Assembly (NCBI GenBank): GCA_951406725.2
Contig: OX597819.1
Coordinates: forward strand, 24,428,001-24,492,000
Direction of reading: 5' to 3'
Length of the DNA stretch: 64,000 nucleotides
From: Octopus vulgaris
Taxonomy: Eukaryota
Numbering within the stretch: the stretch's first letter is position 1; each line of letters starts with the position of its first letter. The position numbers were made by a program, and so were the translations under genes. Below the pieces are notes generated by a model. It made no database searches and had not been told where the DNA came from. It was given only the letters and a program-made list of their open reading frames with translations. Shown piece by piece: positions 13,199 to 26,547 of this stretch.

Positions 13199-13482
13199 AA
13201 TAACCTTTGCATTTGATTTTTTGATGTCTTTACCCCCAAACTTTCGTGAGTTGAGTTGACCAAACACTATATGAGAGAGATTTTCTTTAAGTATTAGAAA
13301 TGGTTTTTGAAAAAGTTTTTTAGCTGCTATTTCTAATGAGTTCAGTATGCGGCAAAGTAATTTATTTTACTAAGCCCTTTTATATATTGTAATAATTTGA
13401 ATTCGCCTTAAATGGTCTCTTTGCATACTGAACACTTGGTGAAATTAATTAATAATTAATTAATTTTACCCTCAATTGTGAA

Positions 13483-13489
<7 letters not shown>

Positions 13490-13537
<48 letters not shown>

Positions 13538-13563
13538 TAGATAGATAGATAGATAACTAGATT

Positions 13564-13597
<34 letters not shown>

Positions 13598-13960
13598 AAT
13601 CAATCCATCCATCCATCCATACATACATACATACTTACATACGTGTGGACATATATTTCTTTCCACGAGTGTGTGTGTGTGTATGTGTTTGTGTGTGTAT
13701 GAAACTATGTAAATCGATGGTTTCCGGTGAAGTTTGCTTCATACACACTTAACCAGCAACCATTTAAAGGAAATGCAACTTAGTTTTGTTCATTGGCAAA
13801 TAAGAGGAAATAATTTTCACAGAAGAATTTATAAGGAGATGATAGACAAGAATGCCAATATGTCTGCAATTTTGTCAATTATTCCTGACCGACGCTATTA
13901 TTCTATTCGTCTTACATACCCGTTAGGGATTTTAAAATATATACACAAGCAAAAGTATGC

Positions 13961-14014
<54 letters not shown>

Positions 14015-14019
14015 CTGTG

Positions 14020-14057
<38 letters not shown>

Positions 14058-14219
14058 CTTATTATATACATACATACACACACACACACATATATGTATG
14101 CATATATATCTGTATGTATAGATACATATCCTGAAGTAGATATTGTATGTGTATATCTATTTCATACATGCATATATATATATACACACACACACTCACA
14201 CACATACACACGCATACAG

Positions 14220-14250
<31 letters not shown>

Positions 14251-14435
14251 CACACACATACACACACACGTATATACATACATATATATATATATAAATA
14301 TGTATATAAATACGCAAATACATTTTGTCCTTTTAGATATGTATATACATATTATGTATATATATAAATATATATAAATAAATATGAACATAAATACATA
14401 CATGCATATACATATATACATATATACATTCGTAC

Positions 14436-14479
<44 letters not shown>

Positions 14480-14598
14480 CAATATATGTTTATGTATGTG
14501 TATGCATGTATACTGTCCACTTCATTTCTATTTCCCAATTCTCTTCCCCTCGTTTCTTTCTTCCTTTCTGTCTTTCTTTCTTTTTACTCCCTCTCTCA

Positions 14599-14640
<42 letters not shown>
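13490..14640. repeat. Microsatellite-rich field (TA, GATA, CA, CT)
   Basis: Direct inspection; some unique spacer at 13690-13960. Confidence 0.85.
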
Positions 14641-14641
<1 letters not shown>

Positions 14642-15299
14642 ATTCTCTCTAACCCTCACCATCTTTACCAATTCTAGGTTTCTTTTCACTCATTATACTT
14701 AATTTCCTTTTACGCTTGCGGCATTTCTAGTAACATTAAAAATTACTTCGTACTAAAACCAACATTTTCTCCAATAGAGAACTTGGAGATCATTCATTAT
14801 CGTTCCCATTATTCTCTTATTAACAATGTCCCTCGTTTTAACCTGCAAACCTATCCATTATATCTCAGACAAGATTGCCACTCCAATTTCTTAGCGAACA
14901 TTTCTGCAATGATATCGGTTCCAAAATCAGACTGGCTCGAAGCTATTGCCAACCACTTAGTGTATACACTTCACCCTGGTGCTATTATACTGCTAAACCA
15001 ACATCCTTGAAGAATAAAACGGCCGGACACACCTCCGGTTTCACTTAAGTCTGAAAGCATTCCAATTTTGTTTCGATAAAAGGAGTTTGGTCGTTGGTCT
15101 GACAAGAAAATTGACAATCCCAAAATCAATTTTGGAAATATTTCGTTTCCAATTTCTTGACCTATCAAAACACACAGAAGATACGGTCCCCATGCGTGTA
15201 TAAATGTGTATGTATATGTATGAAATGTGAATATGTGAGTGTCGAATGGATGTGTACGTGTGTGGGTATGCATATGTGTATGTATGCACGTATGTATGT

Positions 15300-15860
<561 letters not shown>

Positions 15861-16394
15861 TAGTATGCATACACATGCCATCACGAACATACACATATGT
15901 AGATACTTTATCCATTTTACATTACACATTCAAATATTACTTTAAATCAGACATGGCCAACTTTTTTCGAGAAGCGGTTGCATGAAAATCTTGTTTTGAG
16001 AAGCAGGCTGCAAGTTATTTGGACACCAATGTGTATCTTGAAGCCTGCTAGAGTCTTGCAAACTTTTCGGCAAAAGGAACATCTTGAGGACTCAGTTTAC
16101 ACGAGTGTTTTTGTATTAATTACTATGTGTTTTCTTGAGTGAACTGCAAGCCTCCTTTGCCTCGTACCACAAAAGCACAATGACAGCTAAGGTTTCTCTT
16201 TAGAGGAACAGCGTTCTGCCAGCGTGCCTTCGTGCTTGCACGATGTTGGTCCCGATGTTGGAGTCGACTTTGCTCAAATCATTGAACTGAGGAGAAGCAG
16301 GAGTGGTGACAGGTCCCTGCATTCTGATGCTCTGGTTTCTCAGAAAGAAAAGGAAGTGATGCAGCGCGTGTGTGTGTGTGTGTGCGTCTATCTT

Positions 16395-16571
16395 TTACTT
16401 ATTGCAGTCTTTAGACTGTGGCCTCGTGGGACACTGCCTTGAAGGATTTACTTGAACATATTCATCTCAGTATTTAATTTTAAAGCCAGGTACTTATTCT
16501 ATTGGACTCTTTTCGCTGAACAAATACACACGCACATAGATATATACGCACATACGTAATACACACGCTTG

Positions 16572-16611
<40 letters not shown>

Positions 16612-16790
16612 AACAACACACACACATACATAACGTATTTCTTTCAGCTTCCTTCTACCAAATCTACTGACGAGGGTTTGACCAGTCCGGAGTTACAGTA
16701 GAAGACACCCAAGGTGCCGCGCAGCGAAACTGAAACATGGCCACGTGGTTCGAAGTAAGATTCTTACCACCGATCTTCACCTGCACGTAA
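16395..16790 (-). mobile_element. Old SINE family B copy
   Basis: gtacttattctattgg, tttcagcttccttctaccaaatc, cccaaggtgccgcgcag. Confidence 0.65.
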
Positions 16791-16866
16791 ACCTGAAGAA
16801 TTACTCGATACATTTCAATAGAATATATACGAATTAATGTTTATAAAGAAAAGACTGACGGCGTTG

Positions 16867-16956
<90 letters not shown>

Positions 16957-17149
16957 ATATAAACAACAATGTATAATGTATAAATATCAACGAATCATTA
17001 TCCATTTGTTGTTGTTTATATATTATTCATCTTATTAGGAACTCAGTCAGGTGCGGTTAATCGTATATACAACTGGAATAGTAATCTGTCTATACGTCGG
17101 TGCGTAGGTATTTGTTCCTATACTGTGTCGTAATATACACGATTCCCTT

Positions 17150-17450
17150 TATTTAAACTGACCCGGTGCTTTACCATTTAAGTACCTCATTTCCTTGAAT
17201 CCTGAGCTCTTACGTCAGATCAAAATTTATAGCACAGTTGGGTCTTTGCGCAAGTTTTATGCTTACATGAAATTTGGCCTTTGTAAGCATTCTTTCAATG
17301 ATTTGGTTTGCCTTTTACATTTTACGATAGTATGTATCTAGAGGGTCTGGTTCTTACTGAGCATGTTATGGAATATGATGTTAAAGGCCTTATTGTTTTG
17401 GGCGCTATAGGTGGAGATGCATGAAGGACATTCATTTTCGGGAATTTCTA
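17150..17450 (-). pseudogene. Penelope-like ORF fragment (RT-endonuclease linker)
   Basis: Minus strand reads HTIVKCKRQTKSLK..MLTKAKF, similar to HKILKCKRQHKSLEKLMTNAKL at 25700. Confidence 0.55.
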
Positions 17451-18325
17451 AAGTCGTTGAATTAGATAACCGATTAAGGATGGTCAGTAATCTCGGTCAA
17501 AGATACAGTTCAACTGTGACTATACAACATTTTTTGCAATAGTAGTGTAATCTAGACTACATTATTTTCCAATGTAACATTTCTTAAGATGGTAGGGTAT
17601 TGTTTGGGGAAGAGGCGCCTTGAAAACTATAATTCTTCTCGATCGATGAACACTTCGCAGCAACAAAACAACTAAAGGAGCAGCAACAATAACAAATGAT
17701 ATTAATCCAAAATGTCATTATGTCCTGATATATGTCACATTAACCTTGTATATACTTACTGATTATTCGAAAATATTCGGTTTCTAATTAACTAATTAAT
17801 TACTAATTAAAAATAAAAATTGTTCGCTTTGTGATGTTTTTTCAAAAAAGTTGATTAAGGCTGTCAATTTGAATGAATGGTTTTAAATATTCATACAAAA
17901 GCTCTGGCGTTTCAGAGCGGGAGATTCATGCATTGATTGTGCCAAGTTGTTGCTGAAACCATTCCATATGGGGAGCAAACATCGCTTTCTGGTCAAGAAG
18001 TTAGATTCAAATTTAAATGAGTTCGGTTTCAGTCCCACTGTGCAACCCTATTTCATATTAAATATGCAAGTTAATGTCTTAGCGAAAGGTTGGTAACCGT
18101 CAAAAGTTTATTTGTAATAAACAGCATAAATACTACAATTTTTATTTTACGTGTGTTTTATTGATATCTTTGCAATAGAGGTAATTGAACATTGCCAGGG
18201 TTTTATCATGTTCAATATTCATATCGTTCTGCTGCGTGCGTGGAATATATTCGACAGAGCTTCTTTTATTCCAAACTAGAATTCAACATGAGGATACTGA
18301 TTTTTTTTTTCTTCAGTGTTTAAGA

Positions 18326-18522
18326 GGGCGAGCTGGCAGAGTCGTTAGCACGGAGTGCAAAATATCTAGCGTTCTATCTCAGTTCAAATTCTGCCGAGGC
18401 CAACTTTGTCTTTCATCCTTTCGGGATCGATCAAATAAGTACCAGTTGAGCACTGGGGCGGTGTAATCAAATACCCCAATTCACCGAAATTGCAAACCTT
18501 GTGCCAAAATTTGAAAGCAATA
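18326..18522 (+). mobile_element. SINE family C
   Basis: ggcgagctggcagagtcgttagc..gttcaaattc..tttcatcctttcggg..aagtaccag. Confidence 0.8.
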
Positions 18523-19240
18523 TCTCGTTAGTGTGTTAGCAATTTGAAGCAATGTCTGACGACGTCAATTCATTCAGTAAAACCACTATTATTTGAGATA
18601 TTTGCTCACGGTACTTAATAGACCTATAGAACCTTTATGTACGAACAGATCTAAGTTTGAATGAGTTTTTCGCGGTTAGGTACGACATCTGCTATCTCAC
18701 TTCAATCTCGACGAAAAAGAAAAACAGAGATTCTCTCAAGTTGCTCGCATATACAACAGTTCATAGTATTTAACTTCAAAGCGAGAATCACTTGCGTATG
18801 GTCGACGAAAAGAAATCGGCAGTATCGACTATCTCACCATTCAAGGATGTTCAATGCATTTCCATTTTCTAAGTATTATTGTGTTATGATATTCTGATTA
18901 AGATTAACTGTTAAAATTTCTGTATGAATAAAGATTACTGTTTATAAACATGCAAAAATTACGTACTCTAAAATAGGCTTGTATCGACGTTTTTACTTAG
19001 AGGCATCTGATGATTCTCTCTCTCTATCTATCTATCTCTCTCCTTCTCTTTCTCTCTCGCTTGCTCCTTCTCTTGTTACTCAGTATGTTGTACCGTATGC
19101 GCTCAGTCAAGCAATAATATTGCCCGACAAAGTGTACGTAGCAGGATACTCTGAGGAGCAATTGATTCATTAACTGATGGAACCAGAAGAGACCAACAAC
19201 ATGTATGCATAATACTAATACGTACACATATGCATGTCTG

Positions 19241-19444
19241 CGAAGGGGATGCTGAGAAGTTTTAAGGGAAACGCGTGATTGAAGACCCAAAATTTTGAGT
19301 TCTTTTACAGGCCTTACAAAACTGAAGGACATCTGCAATAAGTTTGTGAATCTAAGAGGGGAATATGTTCAATTAAATAATAATTAACTGTTAATCTTGC
19401 ATTTTATTTTGCCCAAGGCCAAGACCTTTTCGGCACCCCTTGTA
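19241..19444 (+). mobile_element. Internally deleted mariner-like element
   Basis: Imperfect TIRs cgaaggggatgctgagaagt / ccttttcggcaccccttgta; internal ..NLRGEYV transposase-like C-terminus. Confidence 0.6.
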
Positions 19445-19468
19445 TATTTAACACACACACACACACAC

Positions 19469-19503
<35 letters not shown>

Positions 19504-19514
19504 CAATAATAATA

Positions 19515-19780
19515 ATGGGTAAAATTAATTAATTAATTAATTAATTAATTAATAATTAATAATTTTACTAAGTAGCTCGGTATGTTAAAAGAACCATTAT
19601 CGGTAAGCTTAGACAAAAATTCTATAATTATGAGTATAATTATAATTATGGTTCAGCAAAATTTGCTTCACCACATACCGAAATTTAGAATTAGCAGTTA
19701 AACTTCTATTTTACTACCATAAGAAAATCTCCCAGAGCGAACTTTGCTGAACCCTAATTATAATTATACTCATAATTATA

Positions 19781-19785
<5 letters not shown>
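19515..19785 (-). mobile_element. Penelope-like 3' remnant with short inversion, in (TA)n
   Basis: Homologous to 2660-2858; 19620-19662 inverted at 19742-19783. Confidence 0.6.
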
Positions 19786-19858
<73 letters not shown>

Positions 19859-20695
19859 AATAAGTGTGTGTGCTTGTTTGTGTGCATGCGTAAAGCTACG
19901 CGGGAGACATGCAAAACATGGCAAATTTAACCATTTCTGCGTAGATTGAAAATAGGTTTTCGAACCTTGCTGGGTTCTCATCAGAGGCCTGTACATCACT
20001 TAACAAATTCCAGAGAAACAAATTGCCAATCTGTTTATATACTCAACCGTTACAGTAGCTCTGCGCGAACGCATATGTATGTGATTATGTTCGTCGTGAG
20101 CAAGTGCGTGCGTTTGAGTATTTCTACACACAGGTATTTTTAACACACACACACACACACACAGACATACACACAGAGTCACATACAGAGGGAAAAAACC
20201 ACAAGCGTGTGTGTTTATTATGACCTATGGTATATATATCTCATCCGAACTCCGTTTGTATTTATATAAGCGTGTTCGAGAACATACGTATATCCTAAGA
20301 AAAATAAAACTAACAAATAGAAAAAAAAAACAACTCTATATATGTGTAAGGAAAAAAAGGTATAGTGGGAAATATGAGGAGTACCAATTTGTCTTTTACA
20401 TTATCACCAATAATTGCTGTGTAAATAAAACAAGGTAAACATCGTCAGCGATTGACATTGATACCGGGAATAATTATAAAAATCTGAAGCAAAGAGAGGA
20501 ATAAGGTACATAAGGAAGACATCATTGTAAGGTATAAACTGAGGCTGAGTTCTCGAAAAAAATTCCTCTGACTAAAAATGCACACACACACACACACACA
20601 CACATTCAGATGCAAAACAAACAAAAAGAACATACAGACATGTAATAAACATGTATATATAAAAATGTATGTATAAATATGTATATTTTTGTGTA

Positions 20696-20801
<106 letters not shown>

Positions 20802-20939
20802 AGTAGGTATAAATACATTATCTAAATATATGTATGCACTCACACTCACACGCGCGCACGCACGCACGCACAGACATACACACAGGATAGTTGAAATTTT
20901 GAAGCACTCCTCTATCACCTCGCAAATGCATCATAGATA

Positions 20940-21060
20940 GCATATAAAAGACCCGAAGGCAGAGTAATCTGGAAGTCAAAGACAGACATAGAGGATCTTG
21001 GGGATAAATATGTGTAATGATGCACCTAATGACTCCAGGAAACATCACTGATAATGTGTG
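20940..21060 (+). pseudogene. Possible tiny CR1-like ORF2 scrap
   Basis: KTDIEDLG..MCNDA resembles the RDLGV..D motif. Confidence 0.3.
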
Positions 21061-21157
21061 ACCAAGTGCACTACAGAATAATGTATGAGAAAATAGATAC
21101 ATGTGCGTGTGTGTGCACATGCGCCTGGTGTTTGCAAGTATATATTTGTATATATTG

Positions 21158-21203
<46 letters not shown>

Positions 21204-21344
21204 CTACATACACATACACTGACATACAGAGAAACGCACACACACACAGATACACCCACCTTAACCCGCACCTTTATATATATGCACGCTCACACATATG
21301 TATGTTCTTATCTATCTATTTATCACTCTATCACACTCTCTGCA

Positions 21345-21385
<41 letters not shown>

Positions 21386-21466
21386 TTTGATACTTTGATA
21401 GGTTTCGGCCATTATTGGCCCAGGACATGTCTAACTTAATAGCACCACCTGGTGAAGTCTTTCAAG

Positions 21467-21880
21467 TCAGAATTTGGACATTATGGCCCACTCAAGTAGA
21501 GAGTTTTTGTTTACAGAGACATATCCGGGTGTAGGGGGTTTATCCGGGATTTCTTGAAGGAATCTGTCCAAAGACTTCTTGAACCCTATACGGTCTGTTT
21601 CTGTCTTAATGTGTTTTGGTGTAATGTTAAAGAGAGCGGGGCCAATTGAGGTGAAATAATTGTGCCGTATTGTTGTTACGAGATGAGAGTGCGATTTTTG
21701 TTGTGGGCGGATGGCACAGGGCCCAAGCCTTGGATGTACCTTAATGGTGATGCCAACATCATTTGGGCAATGCTGATGGAATATTTTCCACATCATGCAG
21801 ATGATGTAGCGCTCACGGTGACGTTGGAGAGAATAAAGTTTTACCTTTTCTAGTCGACCCCAATAGTCGAGGCCTGTCAT
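21467..21880 (-). pseudogene. LINE ORF2 C-terminal segment
   Basis: LDYWGRLEKVKLYSLQRHRERY..GPALFN..FKKSLDRFLQEIPDKP, typical CR1 C-terminus. Confidence 0.85.
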
Positions 21881-21952
21881 GCCATCTATCTTTTTTGTGA
21901 TTGACCTTTGAGGTGCTTCAACTTTTATGATACTTTGTTTTGTGTGGGGAGA

Positions 21953-22660
21953 TCACAGTGGAGAACAGTATTCAAGGTGGGGTCGGGCAAAAGTGGAGAA
22001 GAGAAGGATGACGGTGTGGATATTTCTCCACTGGAAAGTTCTGAGAATCCAGGAACACATTCTGCGGGCCATGTCAGCTTTGGTGTTTATATGAGTGGCC
22101 CAGCTTATGTTGTTGTCCACAATTACTCCCAAGTCTCTGATGTTGTTGGATGTCACGAGAGTTTCACCTGAAGGAATGGAGTATGGGAGTTTCAGGGCAT
22201 CCTCTTTTCCAAAGTGGATTAACTCAAATTTATCCTCGTTCAGCAGCATATTGTTCTTTTCTGCCCATTGGATAACAGCCAGTAGATCTGACTGAAGGCA
22301 TGTCCGGTCACTCGCCTCATTTATGACCTTCTGTAGCTTGGAATCATCTGCAAAGATTTTTATGTTGCTGTGCTTGATGATGTCATTAATGTCATTAATG
22401 TAGATGATGAAAAGAAGTGGGCCCAGCACAGTGCCTTGCGGAACGCCACTACTGACTTTGGCTGGGCTTGATTTTACTCCTTCAACTACAACATGTTGAG
22501 ATCTGTCTGTCAAGAAACACTTGATGCATATCAGTAACTTTCCAGAGACACCAATGCTGGATAGCTTTTTCAGTAGGATCTTGTGATCAACCCTGTCGAA
22601 GGCTTTGCTGAAATCAAGGTAGATGACATCGGTGTTGGAGCCTTCTCCCAAAGCTCTCAA
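21953..22660 (-). pseudogene. LINE reverse transcriptase domain (partial, disrupted)
   Basis: YLDFSKAFDRVDH, SGVPQGTVLGPLLFIIYIND, FADD, IRDLGVIVD, RPHLEYCS. Confidence 0.93.
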
Positions 22661-22725
22661 AATGTCATCAAAGTGATGCAGGAGCTGCGTTAGGCAGTCC
22701 CTTCCATTACGTTAGACAGTCTCTT

Positions 22726-22775
<50 letters not shown>

Positions 22776-22791
22776 TTTAAATTTAAATTTA

Positions 22792-23130
22792 AAATGAGGG
22801 TGAGAAATTAGATATTAATTTAATTAACATCGATTTCACACCAGTGTTTAGCATATAAAAAAACTGAAGGTTCAGTAAAATTGTATTATATATATATATT
22901 AGAGGGAAACCAGTATGTGGACACCCTTATGCTAGAAATAGATCCGCTATGGTCTTACCACTAAGAAATGTTCTCGAGAAAAATTTAGCAAAACAACCAA
23001 AACGTAATCGAGCAAGACAAAAGAAAAAGCTATAAAAATATGGATTATTCGCATACATGCTTCACTATTAACATATTACGTAATTTTACTTACATAAATG
23101 TTCGTAGATCATCGGTGCGACCGTCCAGAT
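22792..23130 (-). mobile_element. Penelope-like remnant with HHR motif
   Basis: Minus strand cgca-CCGATGA..GAAG-catg-TA-tgcg at 23050-23119; 3' end ggtgtgaaat..aatttctcaccctca resembles 13436-13473. Confidence 0.55.
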
Positions 23131-23213
23131 GAATATAATTTGCAGGACTGCATACTAGAACGTCCGCACAAAGTCAGACCTGTAAACAGTTCTACCCGTT
23201 ACACTCGTGGTTA

Positions 23214-23361
23214 CTAGGGTTAGGGTTAGGGTTAGAGTTAGAGGATTAGGGTTAGGGCTAGGGTTAGAGGGTTAGAGTTAGGGTTAGCGTTAGGGTTAAG
23301 GTTAGGGTTAGGTTTAGGGTTAAGGTTAGAGTTAGCGTTAGGGTTAGTGTTAGGGTTAGGG
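23214..23361 (+). repeat. Interstitial degenerate (TTAGGG)n array
   Basis: TTAGGG hexamers with TTAGAG/TTAGCG/TTAAGG variants. Confidence 0.92.
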
Positions 23362-23725
23362 AAGTGAAAATGTCTTTAACGTTTCGAGCCTATGCTCTTC
23401 CACAGAGAGAAACACAGAAAGAAACAAGAAGAGAAAATAAAGAGAGAAAATAAAGAAGAGAGAATAAAGAGATACTTCTTTTTTGTATCTGGTTTGCAAG
23501 ATTCCTTATGTGGATTCCTGTATTGAAACAAATTTTGTTTTGTCTGCGTGGCGTCATGTTGCCTTAATATATTCCCCACACTCACCAGTTTAATTTCTAC
23601 TCATTTTTTTATTTTTTGTGTGTCTCCTAAAAAGGATTTTCGTTGCATTTGCAACCTTATCCATGGATAATGCACAGAATTGATATCCAGACAAAACAAC
23701 ATATGCATATATCCAAATACATACA

Positions 23726-23758
<33 letters not shown>

Positions 23759-24240
23759 TCTTTTATTCTTTTACTTGTTTCAGTCATTTGACTGCAACCA
23801 TGTTAGAGCACCGCCTTAACGGATTTTAGCCGAAGAAATAGACCCCAGGGCTTATTCTTTCTAAGCATAGTACTTATTCTATCGTTCACTTTTGCTGAAC
23901 CGCTAAGTCACGGGGACGTAAGCATATCGACATCGGTTGACAAGCGATGGTGTGGGGGACAAACACAGACACAAAGACACACACACACACACAAATGCAT
24001 ACATACATATATATATATAGAAAGAAAATTTTCTTTTTAATTCTCAAAAGCGTGATAATGCTAATAAAATAGTGTGGATTGGATAGATTATCCATATATT
24101 GCAGAAAAATACGTTACCGGCCAATTTCTGAATCTTTCAAAACATCTCAAACGCTTCTAAAACAAACTTTGTATACTTTCATCGTAAGTTGAATTTATAC
24201 ATACATACATACATACATACATACATACATACACACACAC

Positions 24241-24284
<44 letters not shown>

Positions 24285-24435
24285 GACGGGCTTCTTTCAG
24301 TTTCCGTCTACCAAATCCACTCACAAGGTTGTGGTCAGCTCGAGGCCATAGTAAACGACACTTGCCCAAGGTGCCACGCTATGGGACTGAACCCGGAACC
24401 ATGTGGTTGGGAAGTAAGCTGTCTACCACGCCTGT
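23759..24435 (-). mobile_element. SINE family B interrupted in its internal microsatellite
   Basis: Tail half 23759-23990, head half 24281-24435, unrelated insert at about 24020-24195. Confidence 0.85.
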
Positions 24436-24437
24436 AC

Positions 24438-24469
<32 letters not shown>

Positions 24470-24502
24470 TGCATAAATATAATTCTGTGTTTGCGCGTGC
24501 GT

Positions 24503-24534
<32 letters not shown>

Positions 24535-24645
24535 TGGTGTGTGTATTTGTGTGCGTTCTGATATTGTAGGAAGATTCATACTAGATAAGCTTTCAAAGTT
24601 TCTGGTATCTAAGACCAGATAACAAGCACAGAAGGACGTCTATTA

Positions 24646-24646
<1 letters not shown>

Positions 24647-24730
<84 letters not shown>

Positions 24731-24731
24731 G

Positions 24732-24762
<31 letters not shown>
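24647..24762. repeat. (TATC)n microsatellite
   Basis: Direct inspection. Confidence 0.95.
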
Positions 24763-25609
24763 GCTTATCTGTTTGTATGTCTCTGTGTCCTTCTATAGTT
24801 TGAAGAAATGTCCACGTATACCAACGAATGTCATCCGGTGTAGTAGGTGTACAAAAAAAGTACAAAACGTCATATTTCTCTCCTTTTTTTTACGTGACCT
24901 TATAAATATTTTGTGTCGGAATATTAATAAACTACTTCCTGTCTTTTTCAACTACCCTCTCCACTTCTTCACCATGCCCCTTTCTCTGTCTCTCTCTTTT
25001 TCCCCTCCTACTCTCTCTGTTTTTATCTGTGTTTATGTCTCTCCCTCCCTTCCTCTCTATTTCACTCTTTTTCTCTCTCTCTCCCTCATCCCTCGTTTCC
25101 GCTATTTCTCACTTTACTTCTTTCGGTTTGTAAAATATTTTCAATGTGCAATTCTCCTTTTCGTCGTCGTTGTTGATGTCCTTCTTCTTCTTGTTCTTCT
25201 TCATTGTGGTCGTCGTCCTCTTTCTCGTTGTCGTTCTCATCATCATCATCATCATCACCGCCAACACCACCATCAAAACCACCACCTTCGCCATTATCGT
25301 CATCCTTGTCGTTGTCGTCGCCGTCATCTCGTCTTTATCGTAACGATATATTTCTTATTGTTCCAAATTTTGCATCTGTTTTGGCAATATTGTATGTGAA
25401 AAATCAATACAATGATATTAGATTTATTATATCTCCATTAGTATTTAAATGTTTAAGCACATGTAGATGGAATTCTCCTCTAATAATTACGTAGATAATT
25501 TTAGTCGATCAAAATTTTTCACCACACTATGTTAATATATAAATTGAAGGTAAATTTTAATGAAAATGGGTGTATGGAAAATAATTTTTTTTTTTAAATA
25601 TTAACTCTA

Positions 25610-25930
25610 ACCGGTTTTCGTCGCAATGCATATACCACAATCATACAAAACCTCACTCTACTGTACACAGACCCAAAAATGAATAACATTATCAATACAC
25701 ATAAAATCCTTAAATGTAAAAGGCAACACAAATCTTTGGAAAAACTCATGACAAATGCCAAACTTCTCACACCACATCCACCCCCACAGGTTAAAAAGTG
25801 TACACGCCCAAACTGTGGCATCTACCCATTCCTACTTGAAGGCTCTGAATTTACTTTCAAATAAGGAACAAAGTTTAAAATCAAGACCAACTTCTCCTGT
25901 TCCTCCGAGAACCTTATCTACGTTCTCACA
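25610..25930 (+). pseudogene. Penelope-like (Neptune-type) ORF fragment: Cys linker and start of GIY-YIG
   Basis: KCKRQHKSLEKLMTNAKL..VKKCTRPNCGIYPFLLEGSEFTFK* then NFSCSSENLIYVLT. Confidence 0.75.
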
Positions 25931-26547
25931 GAAAAAAGACGAAACGAGGTATTGAACCTCTTACTTCAGTTTTACAATTATTGGACTAATAGTCCATTTA
26001 AAAATTGGGGCGTTAAGCCTCTTAAACACAATAACATACAATAACAATTAAACATTATACAATAAGCAATATAACACTGAGGCTTTTCAACCTCTTGTCA
26101 CTGTTCCTCCCCAACATCGCTTGTGCCCGTATACTCCGCCGTCACCCACGCCTCATTCAAGACCGAGGCGAGATCCGAGCCGTCGTCGCCCGGCCACAAG
26201 CGATATTCCTCACTGAGTCTCTGTAGCCTATACGTCACAAGCAACGTTATGACCTCCACAGCTATCTGAGGTGGTCATTCGGGATCCTGTGTGAAGGTTA
26301 AGTGTACTCCCTTATGGTGCTTTTCCACCACCTCTCCTACCTCTCCGCCTCTGTTGAAGAAGACCAATAGTTCGTCTTACTCCGGGTTCGAGGTAGTTAA
26401 TTCTACCGTTGGCGGCACAATTTTCCCCAACGGTGTCTTTTCCCCTTCCTTGGGGCACAACCCCTACCGGCAAGCAACTTACCACACAGCCGCTCCTGAC
26501 ATCCTCTCTGAGACCGGCACCGTATTTGGTATTTATTATGCTGAATG

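Larger units (their letters stand above)
12415..13490 (+). mobile_element. Young Penelope-like insertion: inverted plus partial tandem pseudo-LTR arrangement in (TA)n
   Basis: 12415-12758 = reverse complement of 13051-13394; 12759-12930 directly repeats 13320-13490; near identical; (TA)n on both flanks. Confidence 0.8.
21383..22712 (-). mobile_element. 5'-truncated CR1-clade LINE
   Basis: RT coding region, 3' stem-loop ggccaataatggcc and (ATCAAAGT)n 8-mer tail; (TA)n near both ends. Confidence 0.9.

Noticed and set aside
12546-13263. Duplicated ORFs MVNSTHESLG on opposite strands
   Set aside because: By-product of the inverted repeat; no recognisable domain
14783-15195. Possible host exon in unique sequence
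   Set aside because: No recognisable domain or convincing splice pair in any frame
23214-23361. True chromosome end
   Set aside because: Short, degenerate and flanked by ordinary sequence on both sides
24773-25494. His/Ser/Pro-rich ORFs
   Set aside because: Derived from CT-rich and (CAT/CGT/CAC)n simple repeats
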